A stretch of DNA of 49,828 nt from an uncultured Bacteroidota bacterium. Lineage in GTDB: Bacteria; Bacteroidota; Bacteroidia; Flavobacteriales; BACL11. The notes beneath the pieces were generated by a model that was given only the letters and a program-made list of their open reading frames with translations, made no database searches and was not told where the DNA came from. Positions 7,628 through 17,865 of the stretch are shown here, piece after piece (the first letter of the stretch is position 1; each line of letters opens with the position of its first letter). The translations under genes and the position numbers were made by a program. The stretch spans positions 1 through 49,828 of the forward strand of contig CACAMX010000003.1 in the NCBI GenBank assembly GCA_902533655.1, in the 5' to 3' direction.

Positions 7628-8616
7628 TTAGTTGATATTTTGTCTATTTCTGATGTTCTAAATGTAGAAATCTTATCCAATTCATCCTTATAAATAATAA
7701 TGGCCTGAATATGAGGGTGAGTTTTCAAAAAATCTTTTATTTCCTTAATATCCATACACATAAAAGATGTTGCTATCGCATCAGCTAGTGAACACTTTTT
7801 ATGCAATACAGTAGAGCTAATGACTTTTGTTTCTGAGGGAAAACCTGTACTTGGATCAATGATATGTGACATCGAAATATTATTATCTAAGTAATAATTT
7901 CTGTAACTTCCCGATGTTGCCAATGACATATCACTTAGTTCAATTACTGTATTAAAGTTTGATGTAGGTGTTTCATCTGGATTTTCAACGCCGATTCTCC
8001 ATTTCTTTTTTTTTGTATAATTTTTTCCTGAAGTTCTAACCTCACCACCAACCTCTATCATATAATTCTTAATCTCCTCTTGACTAAAATATTCTGCTAC
8101 TAGATCACACGTATAGCCTTGCGCTATAGCATTAAAATCAAGAGATGTGGATGAATCTAAATAAATATAATCCTTATCAATTTTAATATTACTCATTTTA
8201 GAGTTATATAATAAGCTGAAAATGTTGAAAGTATCAATGAATATTGGTCTTTTTTTAGTGTAAAATCCAAAATAATTAATTACCGGATAAAGTGCACACG
8301 AAAAATTATCATTTGTCATCTTATTTACTCTTATTGATTGCTTTGTAAGTGTATCGATAATTGGATCATATGAAATCCTTTTTTTTTGATTTAGTGAAAT
8401 CAGATTTGACTTTTGATTGTATAGTGAAACAGAAAAATCAATTGCTTTAAATATGCTATCTATTGCATTAGAAAAATCTTTGTTTTCAGGACAAAAATAT
8501 ATGATATTGAAAAATGTGCCTTGAGTTTGACCAGAATAACTTTTTTGATACAAAGATTCTCTATGAGCACAAGAGGTTATAATAATTGATATTAGTAAGA
8601 AAATATGAAGTTTCAT
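7624..8616 (-). CDS. apbE: FAD:protein FMN transferase ApbE (lipoprotein)
   Basis: Lipobox ITSC; DFNAIAQGY, EVGGE, ATSGSYRNY, HIIDPSTG, ADAIAT. Directly after nqrF. Confidence 0.93.
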   Translation of the reverse strand: MKLHIFLLISIIITSCAHRESLYQKSYSGQTQGTFFNIIYFCPENKDFSNAIDSIFKAIDFSVSLYNQKSNLISLNQKKRISYDPIIDTLTKQSIRVNKMTNDNFSCALYPVINYFGFYTKKRPIFIDTFNIFSLLYNSKMSNIKIDKDYIYLDSSTSLDFNAIAQGYTCDLVAEYFSQEEIKNYMIEVGGEVRTSGKNYTKKKKWRIGVENPDETPTSNFNTVIELSDMSLATSGSYRNYYLDNNISMSHIIDPSTGFPSETKVISSTVLHKKCSLADAIATSFMCMDIKEIKDFLKTHPHIQAIIIYKDELDKISTFRTSEIDKISTN

Positions 8617-8621
8617 GAATT

Positions 8622-9917
8622 TTAGCCTCCGAAGTCATCGAAGCGGACATTCTCATCAGGAATACCCCAATCTTCAGCCATCTTTAAAACAGCTTGGTTC
8701 ATTAGTGGAGGACCACAGAAGTATAGTTCTATATCTTCCGGGGCTTCATGATGCACTAAATATTGATCTATTACAGCCTTATGTACAAAACCCAAAAAAC
8801 CATCTCCCTCATCATTAATTGTTTTTTTAACTTTCCAATTGTCTTCTTCCAAAGGCTCTGATAAAACAACATGAAATTTGAAATTAGGATATTCTCTTTC
8901 TAAAGAGAGAAAATGCTCTAAATAAAATAATTCTCTTTTTGAGCGCCCTCCATACCAGAAAGTTACTTTTCTTCCTGTTTTAATTGTCTTGAAAAGTTCA
9001 TACAAATGAGATCTCATTGGAGCCATTCCAGCTCCGCCTCCAATGTACAACATTTCAGCATCAGATTCATTTATAAAAAATTCACCATAGGGACCTGAAA
9101 TTGTAACTTTATCACCAGGCTTTTTACTAAAGATGTAGGTAGATGCTATACCAGGATTTACATCAGCATAATCATTCTTGGAAGGATCCCAAGGGGGTGT
9201 TGCTACACGAACATTTAACATGATTCTTCTACCCTCTGCAGGGTATGAAGCCATTGAATAAGCTCTTGTTACTTCATCATCATTGACCATTTTTAAAGGC
9301 CATAATTTGAATTTATCCCACTCTAACTGAAATTTATTGGCATCATCTGGATGCTCTTCTGGATGAGCAGTTATATCAATATCTTCATAATTAACTTCAC
9401 AATCGGGGATATCTATTTGAATATATCCCCCAGCTTTGTATGGCATATCTTCTGGAACTTCAACAATAAACTCCTTTATAAAGGAAGCTACATTATAGTT
9501 AGAAACTACCGTTGCTTCCCATTTTTTCACTCCAAAAACTTCCTCAGGCACAGAAATATCCATATTTTCCTTGACCTTAACTTGACACCCTAACCTCCAG
9601 TTTTGAGCTATTTCTTTGCGAGAAAAATGAGGCTTTTCAGTTGGTAAAATACTTCCTCCTCCGCTATTAACTTGACAAGTACATTGAATACATGTACCGC
9701 CGCCTCCACAAGCTGATGGTAAAAAAACTCCAACATCGCTAAGCGTGGTTAAAAGTGTGCCACCACCATCTACCTCAATTTCTTTTTCTCCATTTATTTT
9801 TATTTTTATCTTTCCTGCAGGAGCAAGCTTAGACTTAGTAAAAATTAAAATCCCAACTAGACTTAAAATAACTACTAAAAAAACAAGAATACTACTAAGA
9901 ACTGTTAATACACCCAT
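8622..9917 (-). CDS. nqrF: Na+-translocating NADH:quinone reductase subunit F
   Basis: SACGGGGTCIQC 2Fe-2S motif, RAYSMA, GGGAGMAPMRSH, YFCGPP, FDDFGG terminus. Confidence 0.97.
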   Translation of the reverse strand: MGVLTVLSSILVFLVVILSLVGILIFTKSKLAPAGKIKIKINGEKEIEVDGGGTLLTTLSDVGVFLPSACGGGGTCIQCTCQVNSGGGSILPTEKPHFSRKEIAQNWRLGCQVKVKENMDISVPEEVFGVKKWEATVVSNYNVASFIKEFIVEVPEDMPYKAGGYIQIDIPDCEVNYEDIDITAHPEEHPDDANKFQLEWDKFKLWPLKMVNDDEVTRAYSMASYPAEGRRIMLNVRVATPPWDPSKNDYADVNPGIASTYIFSKKPGDKVTISGPYGEFFINESDAEMLYIGGGAGMAPMRSHLYELFKTIKTGRKVTFWYGGRSKRELFYLEHFLSLEREYPNFKFHVVLSEPLEEDNWKVKKTINDEGDGFLGFVHKAVIDQYLVHHEAPEDIELYFCGPPLMNQAVLKMAEDWGIPDENVRFDDFGG

Positions 9918-9922
9918 AATAA

Positions 9923-10543
9923 TTATAATTTAATACCCATAAAACTCATAAAAGCTATTCCCATCAACCCAGTTATGATATATGTTATTCCCAATCCTCT
10001 AAGTGCTGGCGGTATATTTGAATACCTAATCTTTTCCCTTATAGCTGCAATCGCAACTATCGCCAAGAACCATCCAACTCCAGAACCCAAACCATACACT
10101 GTAGCTTCAGTAATGTTTGAGAAATCTTTCTCTTGCATAAATAATGAAGCTCCAAGAATAGCACAATTTACAGCAATAAGCGGCAAGAAAATTCCCAACG
10201 ATCCATAAAGAGCTGGAGAAAACTTTTCAATTATCATTTCAACAAGTTGAACCATAGAAGCAATGACAGCAATAAACATAATGAATGATAAAAAACTTAA
10301 ATCAATATTTTTAAAAGAATCACCGAGCAATGTGGAAAGTGCACCTTCTCTTAAAACATAATTTTCTAAAAGATAATTGATTGGTACTGTGATACCTAGT
10401 ACAAAAATAACAGCAAATCCCATTCCAACAGAAGTGCTTACAGTCTTTGATACTCCCAAGTAAGAGCACATACCAAGAAAATATGCAAAAACCATATTGT
10501 CAATGAAAATAGACTTTATAAATATATTTACTAACTCTTGCAC
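9923..10543 (-). CDS. nqrE: Na+-NQR subunit E
   Basis: FLGMCSYL, GIFLPLIAVNCAILG, LRGLGIT; GTG start. Confidence 0.96.
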   Translation of the reverse strand: MQELVNIFIKSIFIDNMVFAYFLGMCSYLGVSKTVSTSVGMGFAVIFVLGITVPINYLLENYVLREGALSTLLGDSFKNIDLSFLSFIMFIAVIASMVQLVEMIIEKFSPALYGSLGIFLPLIAVNCAILGASLFMQEKDFSNITEATVYGLGSGVGWFLAIVAIAAIREKIRYSNIPPALRGLGITYIITGLMGIAFMSFMGIKL

Positions 10544-10550
10544 TTTTATA

Positions 10551-11201
10551 TTATTTAGGTTCTATTAATTTTTTATTTCTTATTCTCTGGACCCAAATTA
10601 TTAGTCCAACAGTAACTAGTGCCATGGGAGGAAGTATCATCATCCCATTATTTTCATATCCAAAATTGTAGATTCCTAATTTTTCTAAGACTGGATAACC
10701 GTAAAAAGTACCTGATCCTAACAACTCTCTGAAAAAAGCAACTACAATTAGAATCCAAGCATAACCAAAAGAGTTACCAATTCCATCTAAGAATGATTTC
10801 CAAGGAGTGTTACCTAAAGCAAATGCTTCAAGTCTTCCCATTATTATACAATTAGTAATTATTAAGCCAACAAAAACTGAAAGCTCCTTACTTACGTCAA
10901 AAACATAGGCCTTTAAAACCTCATCAACTAAAATTACTAAAGTAGCGATAACAACTAAAAAAACAATAATTCTAATTCTAGAAGGTATAAACTTTCTTAA
11001 TAATGACACAACAACGTTGGCGACTGATAAAACAAAAAGAACTGAAAAAGACATTACAACTGCAGGCTTTAGCTGAACTGTTATTGCCAATGCAGAACAA
11101 ATACCTAATACCTGTACTGTTATAGGGTTGTTATCATCAAGAGGATCGGTAATTAATTTCTTATTCTTTTTTGAAAATAAAGCTTCTTTTTTTTGACTCA
11201 T
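10551..11201 (-). CDS. nqrD: Na+-NQR subunit D
   Basis: NNPITVQVLGICSALA, VGLIITNCIIMGRLEAFA. Confidence 0.96.
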   Translation of the reverse strand: MSQKKEALFSKKNKKLITDPLDDNNPITVQVLGICSALAITVQLKPAVVMSFSVLFVLSVANVVVSLLRKFIPSRIRIIVFLVVIATLVILVDEVLKAYVFDVSKELSVFVGLIITNCIIMGRLEAFALGNTPWKSFLDGIGNSFGYAWILIVVAFFRELLGSGTFYGYPVLEKLGIYNFGYENNGMMILPPMALVTVGLIIWVQRIRNKKLIEPK

Positions 11202-11975
11202 TTAGTTTAGTTTGTTAATCGTGTCATTTAAGTTGATATCTTCCTCAACAAAATTCATAATATCATTAACTTCGTTTTCTTTCATCTTGTTTTCAAAATA
11301 TGGAAGGTACTTCTCCAACCTTTCTTTTAACATTGCAGTTACGCCATCAGAGGTTATGGTTCCTCCAGAAATACCATCAACTCCATGATAGTCATTTTCT
11401 TTAGCACCACCTTTAACAACAGCAATTGAAACGAAATCTCCTTTAAGATCAAATATTTTCTTTCCATTAAATGGCATTTCAAAAAAATCTCTGTTAATTT
11501 CAGCACCTAGTCCAGGAGTTTCTGCTTTATGATCAAAAACTGCTCCATATACAGTGTTCATATCATTATCTAAAGAGATATATCCCCAAATTGGTCCCCA
11601 AAGGCCAGTTCCTCTTAATGGAATTATATATTTTTCGCTACCATCAATATTTGAAATATATAGGGGCATATTCTGTTCTTTTTTTGGTTTTTTTGTTTCC
11701 TTATTAAGTTGAACTGATGAAATATCAATATCGGTTTTTTGCCCATCAGAGTCTAAAACAAATGAGTCGGTAATATATTTCTCATAATTTAAATCAGCTT
11801 CTTCTCTTGAAACATAAATACCAACTGAACTCAGTATGTTTTGTTTGTTTTCAAGAGCGATATTTTTCTGCTGAAGAGGTTTTAATTTTATTGATGTAAA
11901 AGATAATAATGCAGCAACAACCAAGACCATTGCAGTAGAAAAAAAGAAGACATAAGTGTTTTTATTTAAATCCAT
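11202..11975 (-). CDS. nqrC: Na+-NQR subunit C
   Basis: G.GLWGPIWG, ETPGLGAEI, FMN attachment motif VDGISGGTITS. Confidence 0.96.
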   Translation of the reverse strand: MDLNKNTYVFFFSTAMVLVVAALLSFTSIKLKPLQQKNIALENKQNILSSVGIYVSREEADLNYEKYITDSFVLDSDGQKTDIDISSVQLNKETKKPKKEQNMPLYISNIDGSEKYIIPLRGTGLWGPIWGYISLDNDMNTVYGAVFDHKAETPGLGAEINRDFFEMPFNGKKIFDLKGDFVSIAVVKGGAKENDYHGVDGISGGTITSDGVTAMLKERLEKYLPYFENKMKENEVNDIMNFVEEDINLNDTINKLN

Positions 11976-13126
11976 TATACAGTTGCTCTTTTTAATCTTT
12001 TATTAACATTAGCTAGTACTATGTAATGATCAATTAGTGGAGCAAAAATATTCATTAGTAATATCGCAAGCATCATTCCTTCAGGGTAAGCTGGATTAAA
12101 AGTTCTTATTAGAATTGCAAAAACACCAATTAAAAATCCATATATATATTTTCCTTTGTTAGTTTGACTAGCGGTTACCGGATCAGTAGCCATAAATACT
12201 GCACCAAACGCAAAGCTTCCGATCATTAAATGAATATGTGCAGGAGTTGACATCAATTCATTATAGCCCCACAAATTAAACAGATATGCCATGAAATACC
12301 CCCCTATGAAAGTTGAAAGAATTATTCTCCAACTTCCAACTCCAGTAAAAAGTAAAATTAGTGCACCGAGAATAATAGCTACCATTGAAGTTTCTCCAAC
12401 AGATCCAGGAACAGTTCCAAAAAACATATCACTCATACTCCATTGTCCTGAAAGACTTTGCCAATTCATTGAGGATGCTAAATCTCCAAGTATTGTTGCT
12501 CCAGAATATCCATCGACTGAAGCATTCTGAACCCATACTTTATCACCTGACATCCAAGATGGATATGCAAAAAATAAAAAAGCTCTTGCTGTTAAAGCAG
12601 GGTTTAATATATTCATGCCAGTACCACCGAAGACTTCCTTACCAATTACTACAGCAAAAATTACAGAAATCGCTAACATCCACAAAGGCACGTCGATTGG
12701 CATGGTTAAGGGGATTAACATTCCAGTAACTAGATAGCCCTCATTCACTTGATGTCCTCTTAATACTGCAAAAGCAAATTCTACTGCTAAACCAACTGCA
12801 TAGGAAACAATTATTAATGGTAAGAATTTCCAAAATCCAAAGTTAAACTGCTTTATAAACGTCATACTTTCTCCACTTGCGATTGAGTACTGATAACCAA
12901 CATTCCACATACCAAATAAAACACATGGAATAAGTGCAACAATGACCATGAACATTGTACGTTTTAAATCAATTGCATCTTTAATATGAGTTCCTTTTTT
13001 TGTGGTATGATCAGGAACGAATAAAAAAGTTTCAAATGCATCATATGCTGGATATAATTTTTCAAGTTTACCTCCCCTTTCAAAGTTTGGCTTTATTGCA
13101 TCTAATAAATTTCTAAAAACTTTCAT
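11975..13126 (-). CDS. nqrB: Na+-NQR subunit B
   Basis: DLKRTM, KEVFGGTGMNILNPAL, FMN motif DGYSGAT, FMATDPV, NPAYPEG. Confidence 0.96.
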   Translation of the reverse strand: MKVFRNLLDAIKPNFERGGKLEKLYPAYDAFETFLFVPDHTTKKGTHIKDAIDLKRTMFMVIVALIPCVLFGMWNVGYQYSIASGESMTFIKQFNFGFWKFLPLIIVSYAVGLAVEFAFAVLRGHQVNEGYLVTGMLIPLTMPIDVPLWMLAISVIFAVVIGKEVFGGTGMNILNPALTARAFLFFAYPSWMSGDKVWVQNASVDGYSGATILGDLASSMNWQSLSGQWSMSDMFFGTVPGSVGETSMVAIILGALILLFTGVGSWRIILSTFIGGYFMAYLFNLWGYNELMSTPAHIHLMIGSFAFGAVFMATDPVTASQTNKGKYIYGFLIGVFAILIRTFNPAYPEGMMLAILLMNIFAPLIDHYIVLANVNKRLKRATV

Positions 13127-14473
13127 TTAACTATTTTCTTTTAACATTAAATCTAAACCCTTTCTAATTATATTTTGAACATCCATTTTAGAAGTGCAAA
13201 CGAATTCACACAAAGCAAAATCTTCTGATGAAACCTCGTATATGCCTAATCCCTCCATCATTTCAATATCTTCCATCATAATAGATTTGATGAGTTGCAT
13301 TGGAAATATATTCATTGGGAGAACCTTTTCATATTGACCAGTTACTACAAATGCTCGCTCTTCACCATTATTATTAGTGTTCAAGTTAAATCTTTTATTA
13401 GGAAATAGCCAGGAAAAAAATGTTTTTGACATAGAAAATTTATGAAATCCAGGAAGAAGCCAACCTAAAAACTCTGATGAATTTCCTTCTGGTATTACAC
13501 ATATTTGAGTATCATAAAATCCAAGATATCCCTTTTCACTAATTTTTTTTCCAGTAAGCACATCACCTGAAATTATTCTTTTTTCTCCTTCATTAACATT
13601 ATTTTCTAGAAGGGGGAATATACATGCACCTGCAACCATTCTGTAATATCTAGGTTTTAAAACCATAGAGCCTGAAAGAGATACAATTCTTGAAAAATCA
13701 GCTTTACCTTCATGAAATAATCTGCCTATAGAAATCACATCTTGTGGACTTAGATACCACACTACATCACCCTTGTTTATTGGATCTATGTGGTGTATTT
13801 GAATACCTACATTTCCACTAGGATGTGGTCCAGATACTTTATTTATCTGTACTCCTTTTGCACTTGTAAAAACTTTAGAAGGAATAGTATTACCATCAAC
13901 ATTTAGATGAGTTCTTCCAGTTGTTAGTTTAGTTATTTTATCAAGTCCGACCTGAAAGAGTTCATCTAGACCATATAGTGCGAAGTCATTGTCTGTTGCT
14001 AATGGTGATGATGAAAATGAGGAAATAAAAATAGCTTTTGGATTATCTTCAGGGTTAGCTATTATATCAAAAGGTTTTTGTCTAAAAAAGGGCCAAAGTC
14101 CGGAATCTAACAATAAACCTATAATATCATCTTTGCTTTCTGATTTGTTGACATTAAAATTCTTATACTTAATTTCTTGATCAGTGTCGATAACAACTTG
14201 TAAAATTTTTCTTTTTTCTCCTCTAATAATAGCTTTTACAGAACCGCTAACAGGTGAACAAATCTTAATTCTTTTATTGTATTTATCAAAAAAAATACAA
14301 TCTCCAGCTGAAACTCTTTCAGATTCTTTAACAGCTAATTTCGGAGTAAGATTATGAAAATCATCTGGCTTAATTGCATAAGACTTTGGAGGTTTGGTAG
14401 AAGCATAAACTTTGTCAGCTTTTCCTTCCAACTTAATATTTAAGCCCTTTTTTAATATAATGTTTTTGGACAT
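13127..14473 (-). CDS. nqrA: Na+-NQR subunit A
   Basis: IILKKGLNIKLEG, SPVSG, RGEKRK, GPHPSGNVG, EDFALCEFVCTSK. Start at ATG 14473. Confidence 0.95.
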   Translation of the reverse strand: MSKNIILKKGLNIKLEGKADKVYASTKPPKSYAIKPDDFHNLTPKLAVKESERVSAGDCIFFDKYNKRIKICSPVSGSVKAIIRGEKRKILQVVIDTDQEIKYKNFNVNKSESKDDIIGLLLDSGLWPFFRQKPFDIIANPEDNPKAIFISSFSSSPLATDNDFALYGLDELFQVGLDKITKLTTGRTHLNVDGNTIPSKVFTSAKGVQINKVSGPHPSGNVGIQIHHIDPINKGDVVWYLSPQDVISIGRLFHEGKADFSRIVSLSGSMVLKPRYYRMVAGACIFPLLENNVNEGEKRIISGDVLTGKKISEKGYLGFYDTQICVIPEGNSSEFLGWLLPGFHKFSMSKTFFSWLFPNKRFNLNTNNNGEERAFVVTGQYEKVLPMNIFPMQLIKSIMMEDIEMMEGLGIYEVSSEDFALCEFVCTSKMDVQNIIRKGLDLMLKENS

Positions 14474-14494
14474 TAATTCATCAAATTCAATGTT

Positions 14495-14502
14495 CAAATT
14501 TA
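14495..14502 (-). promoter_or_regulatory. -7 element (TAAATTTG) of the nqr operon
   Basis: Exact TAnnTTTG 21 nt upstream of the nqrA ATG. Confidence 0.55.
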
Positions 14503-14583
14503 GTAATATTGCAATGAATAATTTTTAATTTTTTTTAAATATTTTTTAACGAATCTTTATTTAGATTAATTCTAAATAACAAT

Positions 14584-15888
14584 ATGAAACAAGGCATAAA
14601 AATTATAATATTAACAATACTTATTTCTTGCTCTTTGACAAAAAAGAATGATGATATTTTATTTATAAGACCAGAGATAACTGTTGATGAAATTAAAATT
14701 TTTGATGACATAATATATGATAAAAATATTAATACTGTTCGCATTCATAAATTCAATGATCAATTAAGTAATCCAATAATTTTTCTAAACTCAAAAGATA
14801 GTTTAAAATTAAGTCTTGATGATTTTAATGATAAATACAGAAAGCTGTATTACAGAATAATTCATTGTGATAGTGAATGGAAAAAAACTGATCTGAATGA
14901 AACTGAATATTTAAATGGATTTAGTGTTAATGAAATTTACGATTATGAAAATTCCTTCAATACTAAAATAAAATACAGAAACTATTTTTTAAAAATCCCA
15001 AACAAAGAAATTGAAATTACAAAATCAGGAAATTATGTTATTCAAATAAAAGATGACGATAAAATTCTTTTAGAAAAAAAATTCTATGTCGCTGAAAATG
15101 AAGTTAATTTAAGGTCAACTGTAAACAAAGTTAAGTTAATAGAATATAGAAATACCAAACAAAATATAAATATTGAGATTGATTTAATGAATCTAAACGT
15201 TTCTGATCCTTTCTCAGAAATTAAGTTAGTGATAAAAAAAAATAACAGTAACATTGAAAAAATAGAAAATTTAAAACCATTGTTTGTTAAAGATAGAACT
15301 TTGATTTATGATTATGAAAATGAAAGTAATTTCTGGGGAGGTAACCAATTTAGATATTTTAACACATCTTCAACTAAATATCTTTCTGATAGAATAGAAA
15401 ATATAATAGTTGATAGCACAATAACTTTTGTCATAGAAGAAGATTGGCCAAGATTACTTGAAAACTATATAATTTACCCAGATATTAATGGGAATTTCTA
15501 CATTGATTGTGAAACATGTTGGAATAGCGACACAGAGTCAGAATACGTTGATGTTAAATTTAAATTAAATTATGATGAAAAAATTAGTTACGGTTCTGTT
15601 TATTTGATTGGTAATTTTACGAATTGGAACTTAAATGACAATTTTAAGCTAGATTATGATCAAATCAGCAGATCATATATTAAAACAATTAAAATTAAAC
15701 AAGGCTACTATAATTATCAATACATTTTATTAGATAATTATTCTAATTTATCAAGCTCAAACATATTTGAAGGAAGTCATTATCAAACAACAAATGATTA
15801 TTATATTTACGTTTATTTTGAGCAGGCGCAAAGTAGATATACTAGACTTGTTGGATATAAAAAAATATCATCTAAAAATTTATTATAA
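14584..15888 (+). CDS. DUF5103 / T9SS plug-domain lipoprotein
   Basis: Lipobox LISC; YYRIIHCDSEW, SFNTKIKY, SGNY, GGNQFRYF, KQGYYNYQY, EGSHYQT.NDY. Divergent from nqrA. Confidence 0.8.
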   Translation: MKQGIKIIILTILISCSLTKKNDDILFIRPEITVDEIKIFDDIIYDKNINTVRIHKFNDQLSNPIIFLNSKDSLKLSLDDFNDKYRKLYYRIIHCDSEWKKTDLNETEYLNGFSVNEIYDYENSFNTKIKYRNYFLKIPNKEIEITKSGNYVIQIKDDDKILLEKKFYVAENEVNLRSTVNKVKLIEYRNTKQNINIEIDLMNLNVSDPFSEIKLVIKKNNSNIEKIENLKPLFVKDRTLIYDYENESNFWGGNQFRYFNTSSTKYLSDRIENIIVDSTITFVIEEDWPRLLENYIIYPDINGNFYIDCETCWNSDTESEYVDVKFKLNYDEKISYGSVYLIGNFTNWNLNDNFKLDYDQISRSYIKTIKIKQGYYNYQYILLDNYSNLSSSNIFEGSHYQTTNDYYIYVYFEQAQSRYTRLVGYKKISSKNLL

Positions 15889-15889
15889 A

Positions 15890-17518
15890 ATGAGCAAATC
15901 AATATTTAAAGTACCAACTCCAGTAAATGAAAATGTCAAAGAATACAGCAAAGACAGTGAAGAGCTAAAATTACTTCTACATGAATACGATGAAATGTAC
16001 AAGAAAGAAATTGATATTCCTATGATAATTGGTGGTAACAAGGTAACAACTAAAGAAAAAATTAATATTTATCCGCCCCATGACATAAATCATTGTGTAG
16101 GTCATTATTACTCAGGAAACAAAAATCATGTTGAAGAAGCCATAAAGGCTGCAATGAAAGCAAAAGCAAAGTGGTCTGCAATGAAATGGCAAGACAGAGC
16201 AAGTATTTTTCTAAAAGCAGCAGATTTATTAATCGGGCCATACAGAAATAAAATAAATGCTGCAACAATGATTGGTCAAAGTAAAAATGTACATCAAGCT
16301 GAGATAGATGCAGCATGTGAACTGATTGACTTTCTAAAATTTAATGTAAAATTCATGACAGAAGTTTATGAAAATCAACCCATCTCAGGAAATGGTACAT
16401 GGAACAGAATAGAGTACAGACCTCTAGAGGGATTTGTCTTTGCATTGACACCATTCAACTTCACATCAATTTGTGCTAATCTTTGTGCAGCACCCGCACT
16501 AATGGGTAATGTTGTAGTATGGAAGCCTGCAAGAACACAAATTTATTCAGCAAAAGTTATTATGGATCTTTTCAAAGAAGCTGGCTTGCCTGATGGCGTT
16601 ATTAATATGATAACTGTTGATGGATCATCTGCCGGTGATGTTATTTTTAAAAATAAGTTTTTTGCTGGTCTTCATTTTACTGGGTCTACTAAAGTATTTA
16701 ATAAATTTTGGGAGATCATTGGTAAAAATATTGACAATTATATTAATTACCCAAGAATAGTTGGAGAGACTGGTGGTAAAGATTTTATAGTAGCACATGA
16801 GTCATGTGACATTAAAGAGTTAAATACAGCAATAATAAGAGGTTCTTTTGAATTTCAAGGGCAAAAGTGTTCAGCCTCCTCCAGAGTTTATGTTCCCAAA
16901 AGTATGTGGAAAAAGCTAAAAAGAATCTTGATTAACGAATTGAAAAAAATTAAAATTGGTTCTCCCAGAGATACTCAAAATTTTATGAACGCAGTAATTT
17001 CCGAACAATCGTACAATAAAATAACAGAATATATTGAAATTTGTAAAAATTCAAATGAAACTGAAATTATTTTTGGTGGAGAATATAAAAAATCAAAAGG
17101 TTATTTTATTGAGCCCACTGTTGTATTAACCAGTCGTTCTGACTTCATAACAATGAAAGAAGAGATTTTTGGTCCTCTTGTAACAATCTTCCTATACGAT
17201 GATAATAAATGGAAAGAAATTTTAAAAATTGTTGATAATACATCTGATTATGCACTTACTGGCGCTGTTTTTTCTAAGGATCGATATGCTATTGAGGAAG
17301 CTTTAGAAATTTTACAAAATAGTGCAGGTAATTTTTATATTAATGATAAACCTACTGGAGCGGTTGTTGGTCAACAACCTTTTGGTGGTTCGAGATCTTC
17401 TGGTACAAATGACAAGGCGGGTTCGTCCATAAATTTGTATAGATGGGTTTCAGCTAGAACAATTAAAGAGACATTCAACTCAGCTAAGTCGTTTGAGTAT
17501 AGTTTCATGAAAAGCTAA
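15890..17518 (+). CDS. pruA: Delta-1-pyrroline-5-carboxylate dehydrogenase
   Basis: QAEIDAACE, PFNFT, HFTGST, GETGGKDF, QGQKCSA, EEIFGP, NDKPTGAVVGQQPFGG. Start at ATG 15890. Confidence 0.95.
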   Translation: MSKSIFKVPTPVNENVKEYSKDSEELKLLLHEYDEMYKKEIDIPMIIGGNKVTTKEKINIYPPHDINHCVGHYYSGNKNHVEEAIKAAMKAKAKWSAMKWQDRASIFLKAADLLIGPYRNKINAATMIGQSKNVHQAEIDAACELIDFLKFNVKFMTEVYENQPISGNGTWNRIEYRPLEGFVFALTPFNFTSICANLCAAPALMGNVVVWKPARTQIYSAKVIMDLFKEAGLPDGVINMITVDGSSAGDVIFKNKFFAGLHFTGSTKVFNKFWEIIGKNIDNYINYPRIVGETGGKDFIVAHESCDIKELNTAIIRGSFEFQGQKCSASSRVYVPKSMWKKLKRILINELKKIKIGSPRDTQNFMNAVISEQSYNKITEYIEICKNSNETEIIFGGEYKKSKGYFIEPTVVLTSRSDFITMKEEIFGPLVTIFLYDDNKWKEILKIVDNTSDYALTGAVFSKDRYAIEEALEILQNSAGNFYINDKPTGAVVGQQPFGGSRSSGTNDKAGSSINLYRWVSARTIKETFNSAKSFEYSFMKS

Positions 17519-17539
17519 TTAAAAACTCTTGAACTATAT

Positions 17540-17863
17540 CTATGCTAATGGAGTTGGACCACCAAAATTAATTGGCATATTAAAGTTTTGGTTTAGTTCT
17601 TGAATATTACCAAACTGATCTTCAAACTTTTTAATATTTTCTTCAAGAGCAGACTTTAATCTTTTAGCATGCTGTGGTGTTAACAAAATTCTCGATCTTA
17701 CTTTTGCCTTAGGAATTCCAGGCATGATTTGAATAAAATCTAATACAAACTCTGAGTTAGAATGGTTTATAACTGCTAAATTGCTGTAGATTCCAGATGC
17801 TACTTCTTCAGAGAGTTCTATGTTTATTCCTTCTTTACTATTTGATTTTTTTGTTTCCAACAA
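17540..17863 (-). CDS. DUF3467 family protein
   Basis: INIEL...VA.GIYSNLAVINHS.SEFVLDF, RILLTPQHAKRL; usual position after rpoC in Bacteroidota. Confidence 0.85.
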   Translation of the reverse strand: MLETKKSNSKEGINIELSEEVASGIYSNLAVINHSNSEFVLDFIQIMPGIPKAKVRSRILLTPQHAKRLKSALEENIKKFEDQFGNIQELNQNFNMPINFGGPTPLA

Positions 17864-17865
17864 TA

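Noticed and set aside
14503-14583. AT-rich repeats (AATATTTTT twice, TTTAGA-N5-TCTAAA) in the nqrA/plug intergenic region
   Set aside because: Too low in complexity to distinguish from chance in this base composition.
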